Origin: Cyanophora paradoxa CCMP329 | Taxonomy: Eukaryota > Plantae > Glaucophyta | NCBI GenBank assembly: GCA_004431415.1 | Contig: QPMI01000524.1 | Coordinates: forward strand, 124,001 to 188,000 | Reading direction: 5' to 3' | DNA length: 64,000 nt | Shown here: positions 46,301-60,913 of the stretch, piece by piece | How the letters are laid out: each line of letters starts with the position of its first letter | Numbering within the stretch: the stretch's first letter is position 1 | Program-made: the position numbers and the translations under genes | Notes under the pieces: model-generated | Told to the model about the DNA's origin: nothing | Seen by the model: the letters and a program-made list of their open reading frames with translations, nothing else | The model's database searches: none

Positions 46301-49300
46301 AGCGGAGCGCCGATATGAAAGCATTCAACAAGACTTTCCCTTCGATCTCTCGGTACCGTACGGCAACTTTCAAGCACAGAAAGCCAAAAATCCTCCGCCA
46401 CGATCGAATACCAGTTGTGGACCACTGGATTGTAAACACAAAGCCCCTGTTATATTTATACCGTTACGCTGCTCTCGAGTGCGCTAATGTGTGATCACAT
46501 ATGCAGCTGCAAAACGAGCGACCTCTTCACTCCGGCTTTGGTTTCGGGGTGCGAACAGCGCGGCTCTTAAAAGAGTGCTCAGAATATTAATATTAACGGC
46601 ACGGCTGACATGATGGAAATTCTATTTGCGCGTACATACGCAGTTTGGAGAAGGGAGGTTCATCGATCCGGCCAACTGCAGATTTGCGTTCTTCGTGACC
46701 GGCGACAGGGTTCGCCTCCTCCATTGATATTCTAAAATGGCATGCGCACAAACTCTGAAATTGGCACAATCACAACACTCGTACACAAAGATCATTCGCA
46801 TCGCAAAACCGAATACCTACCAAAGCGGGATGGCTGGAGAAGTTGATGGCGCTGCTTCTATTTATGGCAACTCAAGCTGGGTTCCTTCAACCAACGATTG
46901 GGTTTCGGTTCGAGTTTTCGAAAATACGTCAAGAGCGCTTCAGACTCTTAGATCTAAACTCAACGATCAACCCTTTCAGGTGGCTGCAGCTGCCTACAAA
47001 GAAATTCAAGAAACCCCAGCGAGCCATCTTTACATAGTTCAGGAGGTTGACAATTCTGCTCTGCTCTTTACATGCAAATCCCTGGGACCAATTCGTTGAC
47101 CATTATCTTTCTAGATTCACACGAAGGCAAATACGCGGTCTTTCCGCTTCGCCTCTCAGAGTGCCAGCCATCCTCGGCCCATTCTGCTGCGCTCTAAACG
47201 AATGATGCGAGCTGTCGAGCGCGCCTCTTCCTCCCGTCTCCTTCGAGTTCGCTTCATCGAGTCCACTCCTTTCGAGCCCGTCGTGGACGTCCTCGTCGAC
47301 CCTTTTCCAGCCAACGTCATTTCCGCACACGTCGTGCCCGATTTCAGCGACGGGCGTATGTTTGGCTTTGGTGGCGACACGGACCCGCGATCCTCGACCT
47401 TGCCCTTCAAGGAGCTTCCGCTTGTCGTATTCGCTGTCTCATCTCCGTGCGTGACGAGAATTTTAATGATGTTTCTCGAAACACGCTCCGGTCCTCACAC
47501 GAAGTTAGACCCATGCTGCTGAAAATGGAGCTCAATTGTCCGCCGGGCACTAGGTGCCGCTTCGATTCACGCAAGTTGTTTGCTTGGGACCTTTGTTTAA
47601 AATTTCGTCCTAGGTGGAACTGGGAAGCAGCACAGGTGAGTGCTGCCGACGCAACTGCAAACGCGGAGCCCTGTCGTTTGATTTCGGCGGGTGTGTTGGC
47701 ATCGAATTCTGTGCCGGAATATGAAGTGAAACTGTGATAACGCACATGTGCAGGGCGCTTTTCGAGCTCCTCCGGACTTCTCCTCGACTCCGATGCTGCG
47801 CTGTGAGTATTTCGTGTATACGTAGCAAAGCAAACGGCAGGACGTGCAAACTTCCGACGGCCACTGAGGCATGTGCCACACGGCCCGCGAGCAGTTGTCC
47901 TCCAGGGATGTACAGCAAGGCGGGAGCGACGAAATGCACCGCGTGCGACCGAGGAACTTCATCGGAAGCGGGCGCAAGCAGCTGTTTTGGTGCGAGAGCA
48001 GTTTTATGAACTGAATGAAATGCGACACACGCGCACAATCCGATCGAGGCTTGCTATGGTGCAGATTGCCCACAGCACACGACGGCAATCTCACCTGGTA
48101 ATGCATGCACAGAGTGCTACATCGCGAACAAATCCCCTGTGGTATACTACTCTTCACTTCTTGACTTGCCCTATAGCTATATATATCGCAAATGTTGATC
48201 TTGATCTCTTTGCGCAGGCCATGCAACCCAGCTACTTTACCCCAACGTCCCGCTGGCAACAGACGTGCTTGCTGTGGTACAGTGGGTTTCGCACTCAACT
48301 GAAAGCGTCGTGTCACGGGCTGATAATGTCCAATATCAGCCCTCCAGGATACTTTCTTAGGGAGCCCGGAGCGTAAGCACTGGCTCAAATGTTTTACGGG
48401 GCCTATTCTTGTTTCTAACCTTCACGCTCCCTGTACGCTTTGAATTCCCGGCCCTCAGCTCGGAATGTATCGCATGTGCGTTGCGCAAATGTAATTCGCA
48501 TCGCTTTCGTTTCTAAAATTGTTTTATACATGTACAGGCCCAAGCAACCAGTTCTCATTTATCTACGGGGCTGTGTCAACTTGCTTTGACTGTACGTACA
48601 TAACTAACTAAAAACAACTTATATATATAATTATGACCTGGACATTCAGTTCGCTGATGTTTCGCAGGCCCTCCTGGCCTGGTTCCCTCCTCCGATCTTG
48701 TCCAGTGTGAGGCATGGTATATACCTGTTTGTAATTGCTCACGAGCTGCAAGCTCTTACAGCCGCATGCAGTCCGGCAGGCTCCTACCAGCCCCTCCAGA
48801 ATCTTCCCTGCGAGAAATGTCCTGTCGGCTTCGTAAGCAATCTGGTGGACATCGTTCCTCCCCTCCAGATCGGACCAGAACATCGCCGCCTCGTCTTATA
48901 CAAGCGCGGAGCATACTTCAGCTGCAACCCTTGCCCTGCAGTGCGATACCGCATTTCTGCGCTGGATTGTGACGTGCATCGTTAACGTTGACGCCCTGCC
49001 GTGCTCCCCCTTAGAATCGCATCCCGACCGACCGGCAAGACGCTTGTGTCTTTTGTCCTCCGGGGCATGAGAGAACGGGAATGACGGCATGCTCCCCTTG
49101 CAAGAGCGATCATGCATCCCCAACAGGGCAGGACGAGAAGTGCACGAGGTGCGGCCCCGGCTACATCAGCTCTGTGGACCGGCTCTCCTGTGTTCCGTGT
49201 CCTCCGGGTCCGCCAAGGCGAGCAAGTCAGCAGCCGCGCGCTGCTCATTAACTTCCGCCCGGTGATGCAGGCGAGTACGAGGACACCGCCCGCGCTGGCA

Positions 49301-52300
49301 TTTGCCTCCGCTGTCCGTCGGGAACCGTTGCTCCGTTTGCTGGCTCCCCAAGCTGCACACCTTGCGGTCCTGGATTATATTCCTCTGCAGATGCAAGAAT
49401 GTGCTTGCCGTGTGGCGCAGGTGCTTTCAAAAATTGTTTTTTTAAAGCTCTTCAGCAAATTTACGGGGATGATCGTAGGATCCTTCCGCAGCAACAGCAC
49501 TGCCGTTTGCGTTCCAGTAGATCCCGGTTTCATCTCCCCTGCCGCCTCTGCCGAACAGGTACAGTGCCCAGCTGGTTTCGTGTCCAGCCTCACCCGAGAT
49601 GCGTGCTTGGCATGCACGAAAGGTGCGCATCCGCGAACAAATCAAAATCAAATCTTGTTTCATTTTCTGCAGGCTCTTTCTACAGCAATGCCACGGGTAG
49701 CTGTTTACGGTGCAACCTTGCATAAAATTTTGCGCTATGTGATGCGTTCTTGATCATAAGCCAAGATGCCGCAGTTAATTCGCGTGTACCGTGCATTTTG
49801 ACTTGAGCTGAGATAAATGTAACTCGTAGGTGTGGTAATAATGCAGCTTCTCACACCGATGGATCAACTACTTGCTCCAGCTGCCTTGCGGGATTCGTTT
49901 CCACTCCAGACTTTCAAGCGTGCCGCCCATGCCCTGGCGGTGCGTTTCGTAACTGGGCTCGAGTTTTTCAAACACGTTAGCTGAGTCGTTGCATCAGGGT
50001 TCTATCGAAGCGCTCAGATGGCCACCTGCGAGCCTGTGTCACTTGGCGAGGTCGCTCGGCAAGGCGCCTCCAGTCCAACACGCTGCCCGCCGGGCTCTGT
50101 GCCCGACGCGGCAAGATCGACCTGCGTGGCATGTCCGAAAGGCACGTACAATGCAAATAGCACATGCTTAAAGTGCGTCATCTTTGGATATCAGGTTGCG
50201 AATTGACCCGAGATGTTCATTGAATTTGGCGCACAGATGTCCTGTTAACACGATCGCCCCACAGTCCGGCTCAATCCTCTGCGTTCCATGTGCACCCGGG
50301 AGCGTCGCCTCATCCGACTCGCAGCGCTGCATCTCATGCGTCTCCGGTGCAGAGCCGCCGGCGCCGGCTTCATGAGCGCGATTCTGAAGTTGAATTTAAA
50401 TAACATTGCCGGTACTGTCGTTCTCCACAGGAACGTTCAGAGCCGACAACATGAGCGCGTGCGACGCCGTTCCGGAACGCAGCGTGGCAGGTCCTGGTTC
50501 TGCCGTGGTTCACCTTTGCCCCCCCGGTTACCTGCCAAACTCTGTCGCCGATGCTTGCATTCCGTGCGAGGCGTGTTCCGTTTTGCGTAACTATACACCA
50601 ATCAAACTTAAGCTCATTTCTGCTTTGAGCTGAAGCCCCGTCGACGCATGCAGAAAGGCCAGGTGGAAGACAACGGCATCTGCCGAAGGTGAGCGACGCA
50701 ATCGATAATCACTCGCATATGCATCATTCAGTCATTCATGGCCGCCTCATAATCACATATGGACATACCCACAGCTGCCCAATCAATCACATTGCGCCCT
50801 CTTTCGGAGCTACTGCATGTCAGCCGTGCATTTCGGGATTTCTTTCATCCGGCGATCATCAGAGATGCATAGTCTGCCCGCCTGGAACGCATCGGTCGGA
50901 TTCCAATTCGACCAGCTGCGAGCCGGTCCCTTCGCGCCACATCTCCGTACAGGGGCTTCTGGTCGCCTGCAAGAACGGAACGGTCCCCAGCGGCACCCTG
51001 GAAGAATGCGTGGACTGCCCTCCTGGCACGTTTCAACGGGATGATGAATGCGTACTGTGCGCAACCGCGTGGGTGGCCCCACTGCCAGGGCTCGATCGGT
51101 GTGAAAAGTGTCCCGATGGATACGAGGCTTCAGCTGATTCGCAAAAATGCTACCGTGAGCTCGGAGTTACTGTTGCAAGTTGAACGATTCCTGCCATTGA
51201 TCTCCCGTTCCAGCTTGTATGGCGGGTTATTTTCGACACGAGCCATTGCTCCGTTGCGAGACAGTGCCACCAGGCGCAGTCGCCTTGCCGGGAAGCCGTA
51301 ACTACACAGTCTGCGGTCGTGGGAAGGTCCGACGGTCGTCGGCGCTGTCTCGAAAACCGCCGTCAAAAAGAAGAAATAAACTTCGAGTTAGGAGGCGCCG
51401 AAAGGTATTGATCTTAAAGCTTGTTAACGTTTATCGGAGCAGGTGCCGAACGCCGAGCGTACATCTTGTCTCGATTGCGGAGCGGGGACAGTCGAAATCG
51501 ACGGCGCGTGCGTCGCCTGCGTCGGTCCGCCTCAAAGTGTTGCATGCCATTAATATTTCGATCTCGATTCGCTCCTAACACAATCCAACGTACAGCAAAC
51601 AATTATGCGCCTCGGGCCGGTATGACCAGCTGCTTGGAATGGTCTGCACTGCTTATAACAATTATTCTACGACTCCGTATTCAAGTAATTTATAATATTG
51701 GAGCTCTGAGCTTCGAGTTATTGCGCAGCCCGCGAGGGACATCGGTGCACTGGGACCGGCAAGGTTGCTCGCTCTGTCCGCGTGGCACGTACCGAAACGA
51801 AAACATGACAGCCTGCAAGGAGGTAAAACGCTTCGAAATTCATCCAGCAACCTGCTATCTCTGCTACGTGAAGACATGTTTCACGTGCAGTGTCCATCGG
51901 GTCGCGTCGCCCTGAGAGAAGGCTCTTTCGAGTGCCTAGAATGGTACGACTTTAACTACGCATGATCAGTTCAAATGAAATGCCGTATATTTCGCGGTGG
52001 AATCTGAGCGATTCTCCAGCCCACTGGGCTACGAGGCAAGTGGAGACCGTTCTGCGTGCTTGCCATGCAGGGCGGGCACCCTTCAAAGCGACGGGCGCTG
52101 CAAACCGTGTCCCGATGGTTTCATATCGACGCTCGCCTCCCCCAGCTGCAAGCAGTGCCCTCCGGGAGAAGTCAGCAACTCGGACAGGACTGCTTGCTTA
52201 CCTTGCAAAGGTCCGATTCCGATTCGATTCTCCGTACGCTTCGACTTCGCTGAATTGTAAGTCTTTTCTAAAGGCGGCACGTTTCAAGCTAATGGCACGA

Positions 52301-55300
52301 ACTCTTGCCTTCCTTGCAAAGCGGTTTGCGTAGAGAACTATTGTGTTTTTCGTGTGCTTGCTTTAACACTGATTGACAATATAAACTGGAAGGGAACCTG
52401 GTCGGCGCCTAAGAGCACGATTTGTCTGGACTGTCCTATTGGATTCTTCGCTTTCTACGACTCCACTCGATGCATTCCGTGCGACAGGTGGCCGTCTATA
52501 TGTTTCCATTCCACTATCCCTAGGCTGTACTCATGATCACTTTATTGTCCCTTTGAACGTTCCAGTGGCGCATTCATGCCTGTCGGGACGCGGGCGTGCA
52601 GGAAGGTGCGACCCTTGCGCCAGGGACTCGCTTATACACGCTTTCCGAGTTTTAATTACGGATTGCGGACATTTCGTAGTGTCCTGCGTCAACATATGCA
52701 CCGAAAGAGGGAACGCCCGCAAGATGCAGGGACTGCGACGCAGGATTTACCAACTCGGCGGACTCCCGGTCCTGTCAGCCCTGCCCGATGGTGCGCACGC
52801 GCACGCGCTAGGACGGCATTTTTGAGCATAACCTTGGTAATGTCCGCCCGCATCGCGTCCTGCCATGGCGGCGTATACAGGGATTTTTCCGAAGAATGAA
52901 CGACTCAGCATGTCTTCCCTGCCCCGTGGGAACATTTGCCGATGCTCCTGGCAAAGCGGCTTGCGATTCCTGGTGCACGAGCTCCAGCGCTTGTATACCG
53001 GCTGCCGCTAACTGTAAATTAAAATTTGACTGTGACTATTCGCGCTTGCATCTGCGCGCAGTCCTGATGGGCGTGTGCCTCGGGAGGACCGCGCAGGGTG
53101 TAAAGGTCCGTCTGGATTCGTCTTATCCGTTAATTGTAATTATATAAGAATCAGCATGGGATTGACTAATTGAAATTTGTATTTCGCCAGAGTGCCCCGA
53201 GGGATTTTTTGCGGACGAGGGCGTATGCGCTCTGTGCCCTCCAAGAACAACGAGGGGGATCGCATGCGAGCCGTTGTCCTCTCCTTTCTCGACGTCGATA
53301 CTTGCTCAAACATTTCGCAGCTAGTTCCTGTGTGAAGTGCATGGCGGGCTTCGTGTCGGATGCGCGCCGCACTACCTGCATCCCTTGCCCAGCTTCGCAG
53401 TATCTGCCGGAGGCCAGCGAGTTCTGCGTCCCGTGCCCCGCGACATCTGTGTCGTCCCCGGGCTCGTCCCAATGCACCCCGTGCATCGATGGCTGGGTTC
53501 CGGACGAGTCGGGGCAAAAGTGCACAGCGTGTGCCGCCGGCTCGTTTCGCAATTCATCACTACACGCCTGCATGCCCTGGTACGTTTGACATCGCCATAA
53601 TTTACTCGCGATGGGCTCACACAGCAGGGGATGTCGAAAAGTCCTGCAGGCACGTACGCTGATGCGGTGGGCTCAGCGAATTGCCTTCCATGCTCTTCCA
53701 GCCAACTCTGGTGCTGTCTTTTGTTTTCTTAAACTTTCGTATACGTACTCTGTTTAACTAACCAAATCGTTCGCGACAGTCCCGTCGCCACAGCAACTCC
53801 TATAGACACGCTTCTTTTCGACGCTTTTGTTTCAGTACCCAGCCAGTTCGGCAGAGCTCGCGCTTTCAGCTCGTCAACTGTCGCCCCTGGTGCACGTCGG
53901 GTCCTGCGCGCTGCATCCGCATCCAATCGCGATCACGAATTCCCACACGACTCTTCTGTCTCTTTCCCGGCAAAATTCGCGATATCCGAGGTTCTGCTGG
54001 ACACCAATCGGGCCTTGCTCGCGAATCCGATTATCGAATCGGATAAGGAGGCTATTTCAGCCGTGTACCGCTACATTGGGTACACTGCCGCGGGAGCCGG
54101 AGCCGTCGTCATCGTTTTCGGCTGTGGGCTTTTCGTATACGTGAAGGTTTGCGCACACCGCAGTAGTACACGCATACGTATACGTAGTCCACCTGCACAG
54201 GTCCCGTAGCCTCTCTCACGTACGTGCACATGCAGTTTGCTCGCGATGTCGATCGTCGCTCCCAACGCAAATCGAAAGTAATTTCAGCGTACTATCTGGT
54301 TTGCGGCACGGCTGACGCTCGCGATCGCATCCGCCGCAGGTCGGCCGGCTAAACAAGCTGTACGCGGACGTCATCGCAGAGCGAGTCGAAACCCTCACCC
54401 AGCTGCAGTCGCGATCGCGAGAGTCGTTGCCTGGAAATGCTGATGAATCCAGGGCCGGACGGTCGCGAGCTCGCACGGCCTCGCGATCGGTCGACGTGGA
54501 TGCGGACGTCCATGAAAAAGACGCCCGGTGTTGGTCATCGGCAGCTGCTTTCAAGGACTGGCCACCCACTCCAAAGGGCACAGCAAAGGGCGGCCCCATC
54601 TTCGTCCATTTTGACGAAGACGGTAACTCCACCGAATACATGCCATCGACGTCCGCTTCAGGTCGATAGTTTTTGTTTTTAACCAAATGCATTCCAAAGT
54701 ACTAGCTAGTATTGTTGCGAAGCTCTAGGTACTAATCACGATCGAATACTCAGCTGTGGACCAAGACTCAGCGGACTTCACCGCGCACGCGGACGGAACA
54801 CATGTCAAATCGCGGCGTTTGTCTGGGGCGCTTTTTGCAGTCACCGCTATTTGCCTTGCAGTAATCGCGAGTGAGCGAAAATCCTGGAATTGTCTCAATT
54901 GTTTTACTCAAATCGTAGGACTAATTTCCATTTCATTTCTCAGTATGTTTCGTCGCTTTGCAATTCTTCCTAGCGAATTTCGGCGTGAGTAGCTTCTTCA
55001 TTCAAAGCGGCGAATTAAATTTGAGTTTCTGTTCGACAGATCGTTCAGTCCCTCGTTCCTGGAGTCTCACCATCAATAAATAACATTGCAGGGCTCTTCG
55101 AGGTGCGAGCTTTGCTATTTTTTAACATATTGCTGGCGATCGCGCTCGTAATACGTTTTATTCTGCCCCGGATCTACGAACAGGTTTCTGCTGTGTTTTT
55201 GGGGCTTTCGGGCGAACGCCGCCTCGATCGCGAGAGCGTCTCCGGCGTCGCGTCAGCCCAATCCTCGCCGTCGACGGCGGTCAACTTAACAAGCGCAATT

Positions 55301-57076
55301 TTCGTTTCCTTCCAAGCGCTAGAAGGGCTGCATGGCACTTCTGCTCCTTCTGTTACAACCGCAATGAACGCCGCCGACGGGTCCTGCCGGTGCATAGTTT
55401 CACGAGCGCACCGGCATGCGCAATATTTTCAAAGTTGAAGTTTTCGCAATCAGGGTTACGTGGACATGCGGTCCCTGTCGCCTTACGGCTTCGGACTCGG
55501 CGTTCATCGCATTTCAAGTCGTCTCGCGGGTGGCACTCGCTCACGCGATTGCGTACAATGTCCAGGTCCAGCTCATAATTATTGGATGCTGATGCTGCAG
55601 ATTCAATATCGATCGGCTAAGCGGCTGCGCATGCTTCCTATCGCAGCTACCCGGCAATGCAACAGCAACTGGCGTTATCGCCCCGCACGATAACGGGAGG
55701 CTGACAGTTCTGCGGGGCGCGTCCCCTGTTCGACTTCCGCTACTTCTGACTCCGGTTCACTGCATCGATGAGCGCGATTGCGACCCGCATTACAGTGCCT
55801 CCATCCTCTCGGCAAGCAACCGCGACGCAGAAGTGGACGAGTCCACTTTCGTGCGCTCGGCGTGATCCTTTAAAATCGTCAACGTTTTAAACACGATTCT
55901 CATTTCGGCCGTAATACCTTAACATTCTTTGCAGACACTCTGCCCTTTCGACAAACCCCTATCGGACCCCGTCTGCGCCGGCGAGACCGTTCAATTCCGT
56001 GTTTCCTTCAACATGAACGACGTTTACTTAAAGGTTAACATGACGCATGCCAGTTTTGCAATATTTCATGCTTATTCGTTGCGTTCACAATGACAATCGC
56101 AGGTGACTCGCGTGGAACGAGCTTCGTTTCTGGATGCGGTCGCTGACGCTGCGGCTTACGTGCCCGCCGCCATCGCCGCCGTTCAGCAGCTCGTCATTCT
56201 CTACTTGACCGTCATCCTCTATATTCAGGTAAATATGGCTGGCAGAGTGCTAGACTGCTGAATCTAAGCAACGGGGCGAAGCAGAATAAAACCGAATCCA
56301 CAAGCAAGGCTGCCAAGCGACCTCCAATTGGATCCCGAGCCACGAACTCCGGATTCTCCCACGCCTCGGGTGTTGAATCGCAGTCCAGCGGCCCGATCGA
56401 GCGGCCCCGATCGCGGGCAGCGGCCGCGGCCAAATCGAGGAGGTTCACTGAACAGCGAGATATTGGCGACGCTTTGTCTGCTGCCCATTCGGGGGCGGAT
56501 GCGGAACACCTGCAGATCGCTCAGTCTGGGACAGAACGATCGCCAGGCCAGCAATTGCTGCAGGGCCAGCTGCAGCCCTCCAACCTCACGCTGCCCCGTT
56601 CCTCCCTCGCGATCGGAGGGACCAGCGCATCTGCTGCGGAACATGCGCAACTGCAGCTGCGTGCAGTTTACATGTGCCCGTCGCGCAGCTCCGGCCAAGT
56701 CATGATTGCTTCGAATTCAAGCTCCGTTTCCGCCGCTTCCCGGACGATGGCACTGCAGCGGCGAACGGTCTCGGTGGAACCTCCGCCGACAAATCAACGA
56801 TACTTGCTTCCGCTGGCCCCTGTTCTGCCGCCCAGCACCATAGCCATGGCCATGGCCGGCACTGCAAAGTGGTACAGCCGTTCTCCACGGGATTCACGGC
56901 AGGCGCGCACATGTACGGGCTCGGCCTCGAGCGATCCGCGCACGGCTGCCACCCTGGAAAAGACCAGAAGCCTGTCAGACCCTGGCTCGCGCCGGCTCCT
57001 CGACCTCGAGCTCGCGTTTGAGTTGGGGTTAGCAGATGCTGGCGCCTCGCTGCCAGCGAGCGAGTCGCGATCGTAA
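40350..57076 (+). CDS. Giant multi-exon cell-surface protein: signal peptide, LamG/concanavalin-like domain, FN3-like domain, many Cys-rich GCC2/3 (ephrin-receptor-like) repeats and several TM helices
   Basis: Signal-like MILAASLYARLAVPVAAQ. LamG FSIEFWIQP..WAHVAVTW..AYLN..DFRWW..RTAEEI (42500-43320). Numerous C..CP.GT(Y/F) repeats at ~47880-53700. TM YTAAGAGAVVIVFGCGLFVYVK at ~54080, with further TMs at ~54820 and ~56150. Ends approximate. Confidence 0.7.
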
Positions 57077-57129
57077 ATATCAGGGCTGCATCCGCTGTCC
57101 TTGTTGCTTGCAATTGATCAAGATATCGA

Positions 57130-57975
57130 TATTGTGACTATAGTACCTCCCCTGGCCGCTGTCCCGCCTTCCCCGGGCCCGGTCTCTTCCCGGACTCGTG
57201 GTCGTGCCCGCCGCCGTCTTGCCGGGCCTTCATCTCCTTCTGGTTCCCTCCCTACTGGGCCGGGGCCTCCAGTTCTTATCCTTGATCCCGTGCCCCTCGC
57301 TTCGTCTTCTGCTTCGAAATTCGCCGGCTGTTTCCGGCGGTGCGCCGGTTCGCCCCCTTCGTCGACGTCGGCGCCCTCGGTCTTGTAGCCTACTAGGCTA
57401 GTTCGGCCTAGTTCGGCTCGTAGTACTAGTGTTGATTCTAGCGCTAGTACTAGTACTGGTTCTAGGGTTAGTCCGTGTGCTCGGCCTGTGGTTCGCCGTC
57501 GCTTGCATTTCGATTGCCCGCCTCGGCCGACGTTTGTGATCCCTTTGACTGCCCTTTTGCATATTCTTGATCCCCCTGGTCCGCTTTCGCGCCGTTCCCC
57601 TCTACCTCGAGCTCCTTCTCCTCCGCCTCCGGATCCTCTTCGTGATCGCCTTGTTGTTCCCCTTACTTGTCTGCTCCCTGTGATATCTCATGATCACTTG
57701 TCTTGTTGTTCCCCTTACTTGTCTTTCTCACTTCCGTCCTCCTTGGTCGGTTTCGTCTACTGTAGATCTCGATGCTGATTCTAGCTCTTTCTCGTGTCTC
57801 TCTATTTCCTCTTCTTTGCCTTCTAACTTTGTAACTCGATCTCCGTCTCGGATTTTCTCGTCCGTTGTCTCTTCTCGGACTCTCTTCCTCTGCTGTCGAT
57901 TTTGGCTCTTTGTCTTGTTGATTTTAGTGCTCTTGCCTTCGTTTTCTTATTTCAGTCGTTCTCTTTGTAGTATAT
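57130..57975 (-). pseudogene. Degenerate purine-rich coding relic (charged/acidic peptide), possibly of mobile-element origin
   Basis: Extreme strand skew (plus strand almost A-free). The minus strand reads ..EETTDEKIRDGDRVTKLEGKEEEIERHEKELES.. and ..DHEEDPEAEEKELEVEG.., broken by stops and frameshifts. Confidence 0.35.
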
Positions 57976-58030
57976 GCCCCCTGGGCAGCCCCGGGCCCCC
58001 TCGTATTCAAGATCTAGAACTTCTTCAAAT

Positions 58031-58114
58031 ATTAATCGTGGCGGTTTGTTTTTGAGAGACTAACCCCGAGAGATTAATCGTGGCGGTTTGTTTTTGAGAG
58101 ACTAACCCCGAGAG
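58031..58114. repeat. Perfect 42-bp tandem duplication
   Basis: ATTAATCGTGGCGGTTTGTTTTTGAGAGACTAACCCCGAGAG x2. Confidence 0.95.
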
Positions 58115-59464
58115 ACTCTTGAGACTACGGTGCACGTGGGGCGAACCCCCGTAGGTAGCTATATAGTGATATTAAGGATAACAAATCACAAATCAAAGAT
58201 TCAGCAGACTATCACAAATCACATAATCAATCGTGAATTATTATATATATTGCACGATTGCAGGAGGGACTCCGGGATCCTTATAATTGCAAGGGGGGAA
58301 AAGAAGACCGAAGGTCTTCCCCCCCTTGCTTCCCGTTCCCTTGCTTCAGCCAAAATTTTTCTATGAGGCCGTTTTCGAGGTCCAGTATGCAACGAAAATG
58401 TGGTTTATTCGCATTCCGATTGGCTCGGTCGACCGATCAGCTCTCGACTTTCGAGCGTCGAATTCGAGGGGAAAAAGTGGTTTTCGAGGGGAAAACTAAT
58501 TTCTCTCTAACTCCAGTCTTCGAATTCCTTGCGCGGTTCTGCGTGGAACCAGTTCTCCCTAGCTATCTCCTCTAGATTTCGGCTTTGTCGCAGTGCGTCG
58601 CGTACGCCTTGCTCTTCGTTGCGCGGTTCTGCATGGAACCACTTCTCTCTAGCTGTCAACGTCTCTTACGCCAGCAGAACCGCGTGCGCCAGCCGAGCAC
58701 GCCTGCAGCTGCTGAGCCGGGCGCTCTTGTTGCACTCGGCACCCGGTGGCCCGGCCAGCAGACTAGTTCGCGCGCTGCACGACGTGGCGCTTGTCCGCTT
58801 AGTCTGCGCACCGCTTGCGCTCCGGACCCGCGTTGCTCCGCGTCCCTGCGTCCCGTCGTCTGCCACCCGGCGAGCAGTCCAGTTCGGTTGCTGGCCATGG
58901 GCACGGCGCGCCGCTGCACACGGATCAGGATCAGGCGCCACTTTCAGCGCGTTACGGATCAGGCTTCTATTAATTTCGTCACTCCAAGCCTTGACGGGCT
59001 GGCGGCCGCTACAGCCGCTGGCTGCACTGCGGCTTATATATAATTATGCTTTAGCAGTGTTTGCAACAGCCGCCAGTTACCTTAGTCAGCAGCAGCTAAG
59101 CTGAAGACCTGTCCTTGGCGAGGTTCAGACGAGATGGGACGGACATGTACAGGGGGCCTCGTAGCCGGGCGAGATTTCCTGCCGTCGGACGCCCGATGCA
59201 CGCTCTCATCGTCGTGCACCGGCGGAATTTGCTTACACTGTCCGGCCGGAGCCCGTCAACATTTTTGCTGGCGCTGGAGCTTAATTCGTCATGTCCAGCA
59301 ACACGGTCGCAGCGCCCGAGTGCGTGCAGTTTCGATCGACCCGCGCGCCGGCAAAACCACAGCGGCTAACGCACGTATTCATCGCAACGCAGGGCGCTCC
59401 CAATTCAGTAGTGCGTGCCCAGTCTTCAGTTGGCGTTCAGCTTTCTGAAATTATCTTGCATGCA

Positions 59465-60179
59465 CAGAGCGCCGCAGCTGAAGACCACAGAAGTCCTCCC
59501 ACAGGCTTATCGTCACATCTTCCTCTGGCGGTACCCTCTCGTTGGTTAACATGCCTCTTCCGCCCGCTCTGACGTGTACGCTCAGCCTGGAGCGTTTCAA
59601 CTGCCGCACGCTCAGCGTGGAGCGTTTCAACTGCCTGAGACGAACATTGGAGCAGAGCCGGCCCATCAAATCAATCAGGTTTGCGATAGACTCATACATG
59701 CATTCCGAATAATGTGAATGACTTGTTGCTCCAGGCTTTGCCACCATCGTCGATCGCAGTGCGTGATGAAACTCAAGAGACTTAAAAAAAGCTTATTCAA
59801 ATTGCTGAAATGCTATGCAGGAACTCTCCTCGAAACGCGTGTGCTGCAACGGGAGATCAGCCACGGCAGGCCTGCGAGCGAGGACCTCCACATGGGAGTC
59901 CTCAACCGCCTCCGTGACGCCGGCCTCGCGGATATCGAAATTCAAGACCTTGTCTACCAGATGCGCAGCGGGAGCGAGCAGCGCGCCAGCCGCGTGGCTC
60001 TGCGGGCGCTCGAAGCGGCGGGCCGCCTCGCCATGCTCTCGCAAGACGGCTCTCTTCAGGACCGCCGCCGCTGGCTGCCGCTCACCCCCATGGGCGACTT
60101 CCGCCTCGACCCCCTCCAGAAGGCCTGGATCGCCTATGTTTACGGCGAGCCCTCTGCAGACAACACCATCATCTTTTAG
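59465..60179 (+). CDS. 3' exons of a hypothetical protein (upstream exons unresolved)
   Basis: Coding-like exons LKTTEVLPQAYRHIFLWR / LERFNC..SIR / LCHHRRSQCVMKLKRLKKSLFKLLKCYAG..LRDAGLADIEIQDLVYQM..FRLDPLQKAWIAYVYGE..IIF*, joined at GT-AG sites. Confidence 0.5.
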
Positions 60180-60913
60180 CCAGCTGTTCAGGGTTAGGGG
60201 TAGGCCGTCCGAACACAGTTGATGCGCAGCGTTTTTCCGCTCCAGAACACTCTTTCATATACAGTGCGCTGAATCTGGCCTTTCATTCAGGCTTTTCTTT
60301 ATTCGGTTAGATCGCAGCGTCTGCATAACAGCCCTTTTCTACTCTTTACAATCATATATAATCTGTGTCTATCTTTACTACTTCAACCTGCCGCGCGCGC
60401 TGGGCCGGGGTCGATCTACATCTGCCCCGTGCATGTTCGTGCCACTACTACTCTTTCATTAGATCCAGATTCCCCCCTTGCACCCCCGGCGCGCCAAAAC
60501 GCGGCCGGGCCACTAGTTATATGAACGGAGTCGGAACACTAGTATCATCGGCCTTGGGGAAAGGAGAGGCTCTTAGGTCTGCTGGTCACTTGTCATCACA
60601 AAATTTTAGAAAGCGAAATTTGTATATTTGAAGACACCTAATACCCCATTTTAGACCCTGGGGAGCACGATGGTCCGGCTCGTTTTCCAATGAGAGGCCT
60701 CTAATGGGCAGTAACAGCTGTACGTCGAAAAGCACAGAAAAGCATTTTCCCGGAAAACAATAGAAAGCGCAAATCACATTGGCCTTCCAAGTCGAAATTT
60801 GAAAATTATTATTTTCAAGAGACCGTACCTCATTCGCTAGGAAATAGTTTCCAAATTAACGGAGCGCCACGTGGCCGGCCAGCAAATTTGTTGCAAGGGG
60901 GGAAAGAAGACCG

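Noticed and set aside
57980-58160. Possible LTR/PBS junction near the 42-bp duplication
   Set aside because: No second LTR, no convincing tRNA-complementary PBS and no pol remnants in the window.
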